Positions 28,253-39,635 of a stretch of DNA of 64,000 nt are shown here, piece by piece. The notes under the pieces were generated by a model. It did no database searches. It was not told the DNA's origin and worked only from the letters and a program-made list of their open reading frames with translations. Position 1 is the stretch's first letter. Each line of letters begins with the position of its first letter. Origin of the DNA: an uncultured Gemmatimonadales bacterium. Its GTDB lineage: Bacteria; Gemmatimonadota; Gemmatimonadetes; Gemmatimonadales; Gemmatimonadaceae. The translations under genes and the position numbers were made by a program. The stretch lies in assembly GCA_963793305.1 (NCBI GenBank), contig CAWBZV010000002.1, forward strand, positions 320,001-384,000, read 5' to 3'.

Positions 28253-29659
28253 ATGACAGAACAGAAGGTCGCGCTCAAACCGGTCATGGGTTTCCGCGAC
28301 CTTCTTCTTTTTTATATCGTCACCGGATTCAGCGTCCGGTGGATCGCGCAAGCGGCGCACGGCGGGCCGAGTGCGCTCGTCATCTGGATCGTCTGCTGCG
28401 TCGCGTTCTACGTTCCCCTCGTCGTGTGCGTGCTCCAGCTCTCGTCGCGCTTTCCCGGCGAAGGCGGGATCTATATCTGGAGCCAGAAGGCTTTCGGCGG
28501 GTTCGCGGGCTTCATGACCGCGTGGACATACTGGGTGTCCAACCTCCCCTACTTTCCGGCCTTGCTCGGCTACACCGCGATCAATGCCTTGTATCTCGTC
28601 GGCCCTCGCGGCCACGGGCTCGCGGACAGCCGCGCGTATTTCATCATCGCGTCACTGGCCGGACTCTCGTTGGCCGTCTGGCCGAACGTCCTCGGGCTCC
28701 GCATCGGAAAGTGGCTGCATAACGCGGGCGCGATCGGCCTGTGGCTGCCCGCGCTCGTGGTCATCGTGGTGGGACTCATGGCCGGTTGGCGGTTCGGGTC
28801 GGCCACTCCGATCACAGCGCATTCGCTCATCCCGAGCACGCATCTCAAGGACATCGTCTTCTGGTCGACGATCGCGTTCTCGCTGAGCGGCTTGGAAGCA
28901 GCGTCGATCATGGGCGATGAGATCCAGGATGCGCGCCGCAACATCCCGCGTGCGTTGTTGCTGGCCGGCGCCATTATAACGGTTATATACGTGCTTGCGA
29001 CCTTGGCGGTGATGCAGTCGATTCCAGCCGCGAACGTCGGCATCGTGCAGGGCATCATGGATGCCGTCACCAGCGCGGCGGGTCGCCTTGGCATACCGGG
29101 AATCGGGTTCGTCGTCGCCGCCTGCATCACGGTCGGCGGGATCGGCCAGGCCGGTGCCTGGTTCGCGGCGGCGGCCCGGCTGCCGTTCGTCGCGGGGATC
29201 GACAGCTATCTGCCGGCGGCATTCGGCCGCGTCCATCCGCGATGGGGATCGCCGTACGTCGCGCTCCTCGTGCAAGCCGTCGTCGCGGCCGGATTTATTT
29301 TCCTGAGCCTTCCGGGCACGAGCATCGCCGGCGCCTACGACGTACTCGTGGCCACGTCGGTTCTCTTTTACTTCATCCCGTACTTGTTCATGTTCGGCGC
29401 CATGATCCGCTTGCGCGGCACGCTTGTCCTCGCGCTCATGGGCCTGACGACGACCGCGATAGCGATCGCGTTGTCATTCGTGCCGACGGAGCAGAACCCG
29501 AACTGGTGGATCTTCGAGATCAAGGTCGCCGGCAGCACCGTCCTGATGCTGCTCCTCGGCGCCGGGCTCTATCTCCTCTCGAGCCACCGTCGTACCTCGT
29601 CCTCGGGCAGCGTCACGGGTCTCGCCGTGAACACTCTGAGCCAGCGCGCCGAGCGATAA
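28253..29659 (+). CDS. APC family amino acid permease
   Basis: 'LSSRFPGEGGIY.W...AFG', 'GLE.AS..GDEI.D.RRNIPRA', 'ARLPF.AG.D.YLP..FG..HP.W.SPY', about 12 TM. Confidence 0.92.
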   Translation: MTEQKVALKPVMGFRDLLLFYIVTGFSVRWIAQAAHGGPSALVIWIVCCVAFYVPLVVCVLQLSSRFPGEGGIYIWSQKAFGGFAGFMTAWTYWVSNLPYFPALLGYTAINALYLVGPRGHGLADSRAYFIIASLAGLSLAVWPNVLGLRIGKWLHNAGAIGLWLPALVVIVVGLMAGWRFGSATPITAHSLIPSTHLKDIVFWSTIAFSLSGLEAASIMGDEIQDARRNIPRALLLAGAIITVIYVLATLAVMQSIPAANVGIVQGIMDAVTSAAGRLGIPGIGFVVAACITVGGIGQAGAWFAAAARLPFVAGIDSYLPAAFGRVHPRWGSPYVALLVQAVVAAGFIFLSLPGTSIAGAYDVLVATSVLFYFIPYLFMFGAMIRLRGTLVLALMGLTTTAIAIALSFVPTEQNPNWWIFEIKVAGSTVLMLLLGAGLYLLSSHRRTSSSGSVTGLAVNTLSQRAER

Positions 29660-30765
29660 AGCTGCGTCGAGAGCGCGGGCAGATTGATCGCGCTCGTGCG
29701 CCCGGTGAGCCGCTCGACCTCGCCGTTCTTGCGCAGGACCGCGATGTTCAAGTCCAGCATCTGCGTCTTGGCCGGGAAGTCGATCAGGAGCTCCCCGGGC
29801 GCGAGCCCCACGCGCCGCGCCAGCTCGTCCTCGGTCTCCACGACCAGCGCCCGGTCGCTCGCGATCCAATCGGCCGCCCCTTCATCGAAGTCCGCCGCCG
29901 GGCATTCCATCGCGCGCTTATACAGCTTCCGCGAGCGCAGCGCGCGGAGTAACGGCGTATCCGGCAGCACCGTGAGCAGCGCTTCGTCGGTCAGCCGCGT
30001 GAGTGTCTTGAAGTCCAGCGCCTCGGATCGCAGCGCGTCCTCGACCAGCCGCTTATACATTGCCGTCGCGCTGCGCACGGCGTGGTGCCAGTACACGTTG
30101 CGGTACATTTGGTACTTGGCGAACAACAACGACTCCAGCGCCGCCAGCCCTTTCTCCAACACGCCAATCTGCCCGTCGACCACGACCAGCGAATGCAAGA
30201 GCCTATCGACGTTGATCTCTCCGTACGGCACCCCACACATAAGCGCGTCGCGCTTGAGATACTCGATCTTGTCGAGATCGAGCGACCCGGCGATGAGCCC
30301 TTGCAGCGCCTCACCGCTCTTTCCCTGAATGAGCGCCACGACGCGCGCCGGCGCTTGAGGCCCGAGCTCCGCGCCCAGAATCTCCGCCACTTCCCCTTGC
30401 ATGACCAGATCACGCGCCACGTTCTCATGATGCGGCGCCCCGATTTCCTCGAGGGCGTGGGAGAACGGGTAGTGCCCAACATCGTGCAGCAACGCTGCCA
30501 TGCGCGCGATGGCCCCGGCATCCGCCGGCACCACCTCGTGCTCCTGCAGGAGCGCCAGCGAGCGCCGTGACAGGTGGTACGTACCCAGCGCGTGCTCGAA
30601 GCGCGAATGCGTCGCGCCGGGGTACACGAGAAACGCGAGCCCGAGCTGCCGGATGTAACGCAATCGCTGCACGACCCCGGTATCCATCAGCCGCGTCGCT
30701 AAGGGCTCGAGGCGGATGTTATTCCAGAGCGGATCGCGGATCGTGGTGAAGTCAACGTGTTGCAC
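29569..30765 (-). CDS. HD-domain phosphohydrolase (SAMHD1/YdhJ-like dNTPase family)
   Basis: 'IRDPLW', 'QRLRYIRQLG', 'HSRFEHALG', 'LLHDVGH.PFSH', 'LDLDK..YL.RD', 'MYRNVYWH'. Confidence 0.92.
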   Translation of the reverse strand: MQHVDFTTIRDPLWNNIRLEPLATRLMDTGVVQRLRYIRQLGLAFLVYPGATHSRFEHALGTYHLSRRSLALLQEHEVVPADAGAIARMAALLHDVGHYPFSHALEEIGAPHHENVARDLVMQGEVAEILGAELGPQAPARVVALIQGKSGEALQGLIAGSLDLDKIEYLKRDALMCGVPYGEINVDRLLHSLVVVDGQIGVLEKGLAALESLLFAKYQMYRNVYWHHAVRSATAMYKRLVEDALRSEALDFKTLTRLTDEALLTVLPDTPLLRALRSRKLYKRAMECPAADFDEGAADWIASDRALVVETEDELARRVGLAPGELLIDFPAKTQMLDLNIAVLRKNGEVERLTGRTSAINLPALSTQLYRSARWLRVFTARPVTLPEDEVRRWLERR

Positions 30766-30831
30766 AAGAACAAACTAACGCACCGAGAGGGAGGTCGTTG
30801 CTTTGCTGGCGACTCCGCATATTCTTGGTGA

Positions 30832-31315
30832 ATGGATCGAGGGCTGGTTGCCGTCGTATGCGTCCTGGTCTGCGGAGCAGCGATCACCTCCTGCAAGGAG
30901 CGGACGGCGGAGCGGAAGGCGCCTCAGGACTGGGTGTTGCCGTCCGGGCGCCGTGTCCAGCCCTTGGCGATTTTGAGATCCGAGCCGGACGTTCGATCCG
31001 CAGTTCTTGCTGCTCGCGTATCGGACATCACTCGATATCACGGACACGCTAGCATTGCGCGACGAAGCGGTCGAGGTCTGGCCGCGATTCGTGCCACTGG
31101 TCGAGCGAGCGGGCCTCTGGAAGGCCGGGCTGCAGGTGAATGCGAAGCCATGGACCATCCCGCTCCCGATCCCAACGTTCATGTTCCGGGGGCAGAGGCG
31201 ATTTACGTTCGTCGTGTATCGCGATCCGGATGCGACGTGGCACATGTTGGGCGACGATGATGACGTGCTCAGTGCCTCGAATCAGGGACCGTCGCCGGCG
31301 CCGGCACCTCGATGA
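30832..31315 (+). CDS. Hypothetical lipoprotein (frameshift at about 30993)
   Basis: Lipobox-like ITSC. Removing one T at 30992-30993 joins ..LPSGRRVQPL..EPDVDPQFLLLAYRT.. to ORF 31007-31315. TATTCT lies 6 nt before the ATG. Confidence 0.6.
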
Positions 31316-31772
31316 GCTGACGCAGCACGTCCAACAATGCCTCGCTTTCGCCTTTCGCGAGATCCTTCCCCGCGCCACTGGTGAGCGCGGTCATCACCAG
31401 CACCGCACCGAAGAGCAGCACGGCACCGGACAATGGAAAGACGTCGCGGTATACGGCGAAGCCGCATATGAATGCGACCCAGATCGCGAATATCGCGTAC
31501 GAGAGGGCCATGCGCCCGGCAGGTCCCGCCTCGATAACCACGCGACTGCCGCCGCCATCCGCCGAAGACGACAGGACCGTGCCACGCCACGCGGGCTTGT
31601 AGAGCCGTCGCCGCCCCAACACAGGCCCCGCGGTGAGCTCGAACGTGTTGTTCTTGGTCCTCGCGACGACGCCGCTCTCGCGCAGCGGCTCGGGGCGCCG
31701 ATAGTAGCTCGGACCCCAGTACACCTGGAGCTCAGACGGCCGCCTGCTCTCGGTCGTGTCGGGGAGTACCAC
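31269..31772 (-). CDS. Hypothetical two-TM membrane protein, possibly 5'-truncated
   Basis: Two C-terminal hydrophobic helices. The first ~20 codons are the antisense of Rhs YD-repeat sequence. Confidence 0.5.
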   Translation of the reverse strand: MVLPDTTESRRPSELQVYWGPSYYRRPEPLRESGVVARTKNNTFELTAGPVLGRRRLYKPAWRGTVLSSSADGGGSRVVIEAGPAGRMALSYAIFAIWVAFICGFAVYRDVFPLSGAVLLFGAVLVMTALTSGAGKDLAKGESEALLDVLRQLIEVPAPATVPDSRH

Positions 31773-32958
31773 GCGCGTCTATGACTACGACAACTACGGG
31801 CAGCTCGCGCGTCGGACGACGAATGGGACGGTCGATCGCTATTACTTGTGGGACGGCGGTCAGTTGATGGCGATCCTCGACGGATCCGCGAACGCACGCG
31901 TAGCCGAGTTCATCTACAACCCAGGTACGGTCGACGCGCCATTGGCTCGGATCGCCGGGCCGAAGGGCTCGTCCAGCGTGCACTTTTACGCACGGGATGC
32001 GATCGGCAATGTCATCGCGCAATTCAGCGGCTCGACGGTCGAGCAGTCATTGACGTACGATCCCTGGGGCGCGGCGCGGGTCCAACAGACCACCGGCGAT
32101 ACGACCCAACTCCGGTGGAAGGGTCTCTTGTACGAGGACGGCGTCACCTCGCTGTATTACATGCGGGCACGGTGGTACGATCCGGTCACCCGGCGGTTCA
32201 TTTCTCCGGATCCATTGAATTTGTCCTCCGGCAAGAATCAATTCTCGTTCGCTGGTGGCGATCCGGTGAATGGATCGGACGCGAGCGGCATGGAATGCGC
32301 GGATCCCGAGTCTGGCGATGACTGCGGTGGCGGCGGCGGTGGTGGCGACGGGTCGGATGATGGCGGCGGCGCCTCGACCAGTGACGGCGGTGGTGACGAT
32401 TCGGGGACCGCGACGGATGACGGTGGGCAGCAAGGGCCCGACGACTCACAAGACGCGTCGCAAGATAATTCGCAGGACAACACGAACGATGCGTGTCACG
32501 GGTTCAGCCCCGATCAATGCGCGGCCATACAGACCGCCATTCAAGAGCTGCAGGACACCAACGATCCAACCTGCCAGGCGCTGGGGAATGATGCCGCACA
32601 GCGCTGGAACAACAGTTACATCGTATACGGCGGAGCCGTCGCTGTCTCCGGCCCCACAACCGCGGCGGACACCCCGGTTGGCGGCTTGTATCTCGAAGGT
32701 GTGTTCTTTCGCGATCCCACGGTGACGCCCAAGACTCTCGTATACAACTATGGTTTCACGGGTAGCACGGACCCGAATGCTGCGATCGACCCGCAACAGA
32801 TTTACACTACCGTAGCACACGAAGAAACCCACGCGACTCCGCCATACTACTATGCGCACGGAATGACGGAACCTCCTGCGGATGATCCCTCGAATCTCTC
32901 AGAGCGGCAAGCCCAGAAATGCGCGAGTATCTACTCGTCAACCGGTGCGACCTTCTGA
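31756..32958 (+). CDS. 5'-truncated Rhs core plus C-terminal putative HExxH metallopeptidase toxin
   Basis: YD repeats, 'YDPWG', 'LYYMRARWYDP..RRFISPDP', 'N.FSFAGGDPVN.SDASG', acidic Gly linker, HEETH at 32818-32832. Confidence 0.88.
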   Translation: MSGSTTRVYDYDNYGQLARRTTNGTVDRYYLWDGGQLMAILDGSANARVAEFIYNPGTVDAPLARIAGPKGSSSVHFYARDAIGNVIAQFSGSTVEQSLTYDPWGAARVQQTTGDTTQLRWKGLLYEDGVTSLYYMRARWYDPVTRRFISPDPLNLSSGKNQFSFAGGDPVNGSDASGMECADPESGDDCGGGGGGGDGSDDGGGASTSDGGGDDSGTATDDGGQQGPDDSQDASQDNSQDNTNDACHGFSPDQCAAIQTAIQELQDTNDPTCQALGNDAAQRWNNSYIVYGGAVAVSGPTTAADTPVGGLYLEGVFFRDPTVTPKTLVYNYGFTGSTDPNAAIDPQQIYTTVAHEETHATPPYYYAHGMTEPPADDPSNLSERQAQKCASIYSSTGATF

Positions 32959-32959
32959 C

Positions 32960-33866
32960 ATGTGGACCGCGATAGCATTGAGCGTCATGCTCAGCGTGCC
33001 GGGCCTCGCACAGGTTCCGGCCGGTTCGCGCGACAGCATCTCGATCAGCATCGAGATGCAACGGGACATGCGCGCGCTGGCCGGCAGCGCGGACAGCCTG
33101 GTCTGCGAAGGACCTTCAGAACAGGCTGGGGCGGGCGGGCGAATCTGCACCAAGCCCGGTCGCAACAGCGTGCTGGCCGTCGTGCGTTCGGATCGGGAGT
33201 TCGCGTTCGTGACCCGATGGCTCGAGTTGAAGAGTGAGACAGAAGTACCAGCGACCGATTCGACGCTGGCCTTGCTCGAGGTCGCCTACGGATCCCCGAC
33301 GATGTGCGCGCGCGACGCGTTCCGATTTCCGGCGTATCCGCAACACTACCTCTGGCATTCGGGGCGACTTCACGATTCAACTGGTGAGCACGGCGCCGTC
33401 GAGTCCCCGGCACCCGATCCTGTCGGTACAAATCGCGCGGGGACCGCTGTCGTGCTCAGACTGGGCTCGACCTCCGACGCGGCACGGTATCCAGTACGTG
33501 GACGTTGACACCATGAAGGCGGTCGGTCGGCAGCTCGAGAGTTGGGCAGCGCGAGCAGGGACCCGGGTGGGAGATACGGCATGGGAGGCGGCCGGCGCCG
33601 CGGGTCATTGGGTCGTCGCCCGCCGTGTGACTGTACCCGGTTCACGGCTCGTCGGCGTGTCGGATTCCACCGAGTCGGCGCTCGATCGCCGGTTAGGAGT
33701 TGGTGGCGACTGTTTCCCGGATCCATACCGACGCGTACCTCCGCGGTTGTATCGCCAGTGGAACTTCGGTGACTACACGATTCGACTCCAGCGCGACACC
33801 GTGCATCCGGCGATCGTCGAGCAGATCATTGACGGCCCACAGCCGTGCGGGTCATCCGAGCCATGA
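32960..33866 (+). CDS. Exported protein with two internal repeats, candidate Rhs immunity (frameshift at GGGG about 33362)
   Basis: ATG 1 bp after the Rhs stop, signal peptide. Repeats 'CARDAFRFPAYPQHYLWHSGDFTIQL' and 'CFPDPYRRVPPRLYRQWNFGDYTIRL' become one ORF if one G is removed. Confidence 0.6.
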
Positions 33867-34420
33867 GGTGGCGTTCCGTGTTGACGTGCGCGTGCGTCAC
33901 GGTCACTGTGCCGGCGTTCGCGCAAGAAGCCGTTCGGTGGGACCTTCCGGCGTCAGTATCAGGATATCGGCGCGCGGACCAAGCGTCCGACGCGACGATG
34001 GCGGGCGCCATCGGCGCGCGATACGGAAAGCGTCGGGGACCCTTGATCCATGTCCAGATTATTCCCGATACACTAAGCGCCGACGTAGCCGATCACGCCG
34101 GCGCCGAGATACGATCCGAAATCCAAGCGCTCGACGCCGGCAAGCGGCTTGGCGCGATCACCGACTATCGGATCGCCGTGCTCGACCATGACGACATCAG
34201 CACCGCATCGGGTCGAGTACGCGGCTATGCCCTCGTGGCGCCCACGAAGCGCGCGACTACGGTCGTCGTTTCGCTCGTACTGGTGTACGTGTTGCGAGCA
34301 TCTCTCGTGCGTGTCCAGAGCGAGGTGCCGCTGTCGGAGTGGCGAAAGACTGACATTCCGGTCTTTGCCCATGCGCTGGTTGCGCTCCTGGCGACCCACG
34401 TTCGACAGGCCCGCGCATGA
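33863..34420 (+). CDS. Hypothetical exported protein
   Basis: ATGA overlap with the upstream gene, signal peptide ending AFA-Q. Confidence 0.65.
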   Translation: MRWRSVLTCACVTVTVPAFAQEAVRWDLPASVSGYRRADQASDATMAGAIGARYGKRRGPLIHVQIIPDTLSADVADHAGAEIRSEIQALDAGKRLGAITDYRIAVLDHDDISTASGRVRGYALVAPTKRATTVVVSLVLVYVLRASLVRVQSEVPLSEWRKTDIPVFAHALVALLATHVRQARA

Positions 34421-34429
34421 GCGAAGGTC

Positions 34430-34918
34430 TCACATGCTATAGCTCGGCGCCTGCGCCACAGCGACGACGAAATTGATCCACATGCCGCTCGGCGCGTGAC
34501 CGGGGACGCCGCAGGCGATCAGATACTTTCCGGGCGTGGTGGGCGCCACGAAATTCATCGTGTCCTCGCCGTTCTGCGCCGGGAGCCCATTGGTCAGGTG
34601 GGCGGTGTAGGCGCGCTCGATCGCCGGCTTGTCGGGCGCATTCGGAATGGGACGTGTGTCGGCGATGATGATCGCGGAGTGCGGGATCGCGTCCTTGTTG
34701 ACGACGTTGATGTTGACGTTCCACCCGGTCGGCACCGTGATCGTCTGACTGCCGGCCGAGCCGCCGTTGAAGTTGAACCCGCCCTGCACGCTGTTGAACG
34801 CGGCGAACACCTTGAGATTCACGGTCTTCGTGCCCGCGTTGTACGACATGAACTGATTGACCTTGGTGTCGGGCGCGCCGAGCGCCAGGAGGGCAACGAG
34901 CAGAGCGAGTGCACGCAT
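34430..34918 (-). CDS. Sulfocyanin (SoxE)-like blue copper protein
   Basis: Signal peptide, 'FNFNG', 'VP.GW.V....N....PHS', Cu ligands C-GVPG-H-APSG-M. Confidence 0.85.
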   Translation of the reverse strand: MRALALLVALLALGAPDTKVNQFMSYNAGTKTVNLKVFAAFNSVQGGFNFNGGSAGSQTITVPTGWNVNINVVNKDAIPHSAIIIADTRPIPNAPDKPAIERAYTAHLTNGLPAQNGEDTMNFVAPTTPGKYLIACGVPGHAPSGMWINFVVAVAQAPSYSM

Positions 34919-34923
34919 GTGGG

Positions 34924-36522
<1,599 letters not shown>

Positions 36523-36559
36523 TTCGATCCTCTATCAGGCATAGACCTCAAATCTAATA

Positions 36560-39500
36560 TCAGACCGCCAAGTGGTCCCCTGGCCGCGCCGCGGCCTCAT
36601 AGAGTACCGGCATGAGGTATACCGAGATCAACAGCCGGGAAAATAGGCCGCCAACGATAACGAGAGCGAAGGGCCGCTGCGAGTCCGTCCCGATACCATG
36701 CGCCAGCGCTGCCGGGAGCAGCCCCAGTGCCGCGACGAGCGCGGTCATCATGATCGGCCGGAGCCGGAGCAGCGCGGCCTGCCGGGCGGCCTCCGGGATA
36801 TCCATGCCCCCCAGACGCAGCTCATTCGCGTACGAAATGTATACAACGGCGGTCTGCACGGAGACGCCGAACAGCGCCAGGAATCCAATGCCCGACGACA
36901 CGGAGAATGGCGTCCCGGTGATCGCCAGCGCCAGCACGCCACCGATGGGATCGGACAGCACGACACCGAGCAATGTGATCAACGGGAACTTGAAGTTGCG
37001 ATAGAGCGCGAACAGCACCGCGATAATAAGAATAAACGTGACGGGCAACACGATCTGCAGCTGCGCCCGCGACGCCGTGTACTCCCGGTATTCACCACCC
37101 CACACGACGTTATAGCCTGACGGCAGGCTGACGTGCTTCGCCACGCGCTGCTGCGCCTCCTCGACGGCGCTCGCCAGATCGCGTCCTTCGACGGAGTACT
37201 GCACGCCGATGTAGCGCGCGTTGTTCTCCCGGTAGATGAATGCCGCGCCGTTCGACACCTGGATATTCGCCAGCTCGCGAATCGGAATCTGCTCGCCCGC
37301 CGGCGTGGCCACGAGGATGTTGCCGATCGCCTCGGGTGTCTCGCGATACTGCGGTGAGAGGCGCACCACGAGATCGAACAGCTTCTCGCCCTGCACGACC
37401 TGCGTGGCCGCACTGCCACCGACCGCGGCCTCGATCAGTCCATTGATATCCGCGACGTTGACACCGTAGCGCGCGATCTTGTCGCGGTCGATATCGACCG
37501 TCAACGCCGGTTGGCCGAGCTCCTGCACGAGCGTCAGATCCGTGATGCCGCGCACCTGCTCCATCTCTTTCTTGATCGCCCGACCCTGCGTTTCGAGTGT
37601 CGTCAGATCGGTCCCGAACACTTTGACGTCCAGAGAGCTCTTGAGCCCCGTCTCAGCCTCATCCACCGCATCCTCGGCGGGCTGCGTGTAGTTGAACGTG
37701 ATGCCGGGAAACGCCGAGAGTTTCTTATTGACGGCCGCGATGAACTCCGGCTTCGTCCGATACGCCCCGTGCCATGTCCCATACGGCGTCAGGCCAACGT
37801 AAAACTCGGCGTTGAAAAATCCCGTTGGGTCCGTCCCGTCATCCGGTCGCCCATGTTCGCAAGCGACAAAGGTGACTTCAGGAAACGATCTCAGGACCGC
37901 CCGGATCTGGGGCACCAGTCGCGACGACTCGTCGAACGAGATCGTATACGGCATCGTCGCCCGCACCCACAACGCTCCTTCGTCCAGCTTCGGCATGAAC
38001 TCGGCGCCAAGGCCGAGCCACAGGGGAATGGTCAACAGAAAGACCAGCACCGACGTGCCGATCGTGATGGCTTTGTGTTGCAGACACCAACCAAGGCCAC
38101 GGTTGTAATGCTTCAGGATCCACTCGAAGACCGGATTCTTGCGATCGCGCACGCCACGTCCCAAGAAGAGCAGGCAGAGTAGCGGAATCAATGTGAGCGT
38201 GACGATCAGCGCGCCGATCAACGCATAGATCGTGGTATCAGCCATCGGGGTGAACAGTCGACCGGAAGGGCCGGACAAGACATAGATCGGCAAGAACCCG
38301 GTGACGATGACCGCCACGGCGTACACGATGGGTCGATCGACTTGGGCGGCGGCGCCGATGATGACCTCGCGCGCGTTGTACGATGTCCCATGCCGCTGCG
38401 CCAACTCTCGATGGATATTCTCCACCATGACCACGGTCGCGTCGACGAGGATGCCGAAGTCGATCGCGCCGATCGAGAGCAGATTCGCCGGAATGTGTCG
38501 CAGATCGAGGCAGATGAACGCGAACAGCAGCGACAGTGGGATCGTGACCGCGACGATGAGCCCGGACCGCACGCTGTAGAGGAAGAATACGAGCACGACG
38601 ACGACGAGCACGATGCCGCGCAGCAGATTGTCCTCGACGATCCGCGTCGTGAAATGAATCAGATCGCTCCGATCGTAGAACGGCTCGATGTGCACGTCGT
38701 GCGGGAGCGTGCGATTGAGCTCGGCGGTCTTCGCCTCGACCGCCTTGAGCACGGTCTGCGCCTGCTCCCCCGTGCGCATCAGCACGACGCCTTCGACCGC
38801 GTCGTTCACCGTGTCGTAGCTGAACTGCCCGAGCCTGGGCGCGTATCCGATGACCACCTGCGCCACGTTCTTCACGAGCACGGGAATCCCGTCCTTCACC
38901 GCGAGGACGATGTTCCCGATGTCCTGGGGCGTCACCACGCGGCCCAGTCCGCGCACGTAGTAGAAGCTGCCGCCTTCGGAATAGAAACCGCCGCCCGAAT
39001 TGTCGTTGTTCGCCGAGAGCGCATTGGCCACGATCGGAACGGTCAGGCCGGCGCCGGCGAGCTTCGTCGGGTCGATGACGACCTGATATTGCATGGTCGG
39101 CCCGCCCAGCGGGGACAGGTCGGCGACGCCAGGCACGGACTTGTACGCCTTCACGATGTCCCAGTCGTCGATCGTCTTGAGCTGCATGGGCGACCGGTCC
39201 GGGCTCTCCAGCACGTACCGATACACGAGCCCGGACGGAGCGGACAGCGGCGACATCGACGGCGAGACGCCGCTCGGCAGCGTCGCGTCTCCGATGCGCT
39301 CGAAGGCCTGCTCGCGCGCGAAATAGTTGTCGGTCCCATCGTCGAACGTCATGATGACGTTCCGAGAGCCCATAGAGCGAGATCGACCGCACGATCTTGA
39401 GGTGCGGGATCCCATTCATCGCCACTTCGACCGGCACCGTGATCAGCCGCTCGACTTCCTCCGTCGCGCGTCCCGGCCACTGCGTGATGATCTCGACCAT

Positions 39501-39635
39501 GGGCGGCGAGAGGTCGGGATACGCGTCCACGGGCAGGCGCGTGAACGACCACACGCCAACCCCGGCCAGGGCGGCGAAGATGATGAGCGTGAGCAGCGGT
39601 TCGGCGAGCGCGGCGCGGACGAGCCGATTGATCAT
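36560..39635 (-). CDS. czcA: CusA/CzcA family heavy-metal efflux RND transporter (frameshift at about 39360)
   Basis: 'DAYPDL', 'EEVERLITVPVE', 'ANLLSIGAIDFG', 'EFMPKLDEG', 'RLRPIMMTA'. The N-terminal and main ORFs join as 'GLSDVIMTF' after removing one base. Confidence 0.9.

Noticed and set aside
32325..32490. Gly/Asp-rich low-complexity tract
   Set aside because: A coding linker between the Rhs core and tip, not a separate DNA repeat element.
32626..32640. ACGGC-GGA-GCCGT hairpin resembling hairpin 3 of the dispersed element
   Set aside because: An isolated short match within the Rhs tip, without the other conserved blocks. Likely chance.
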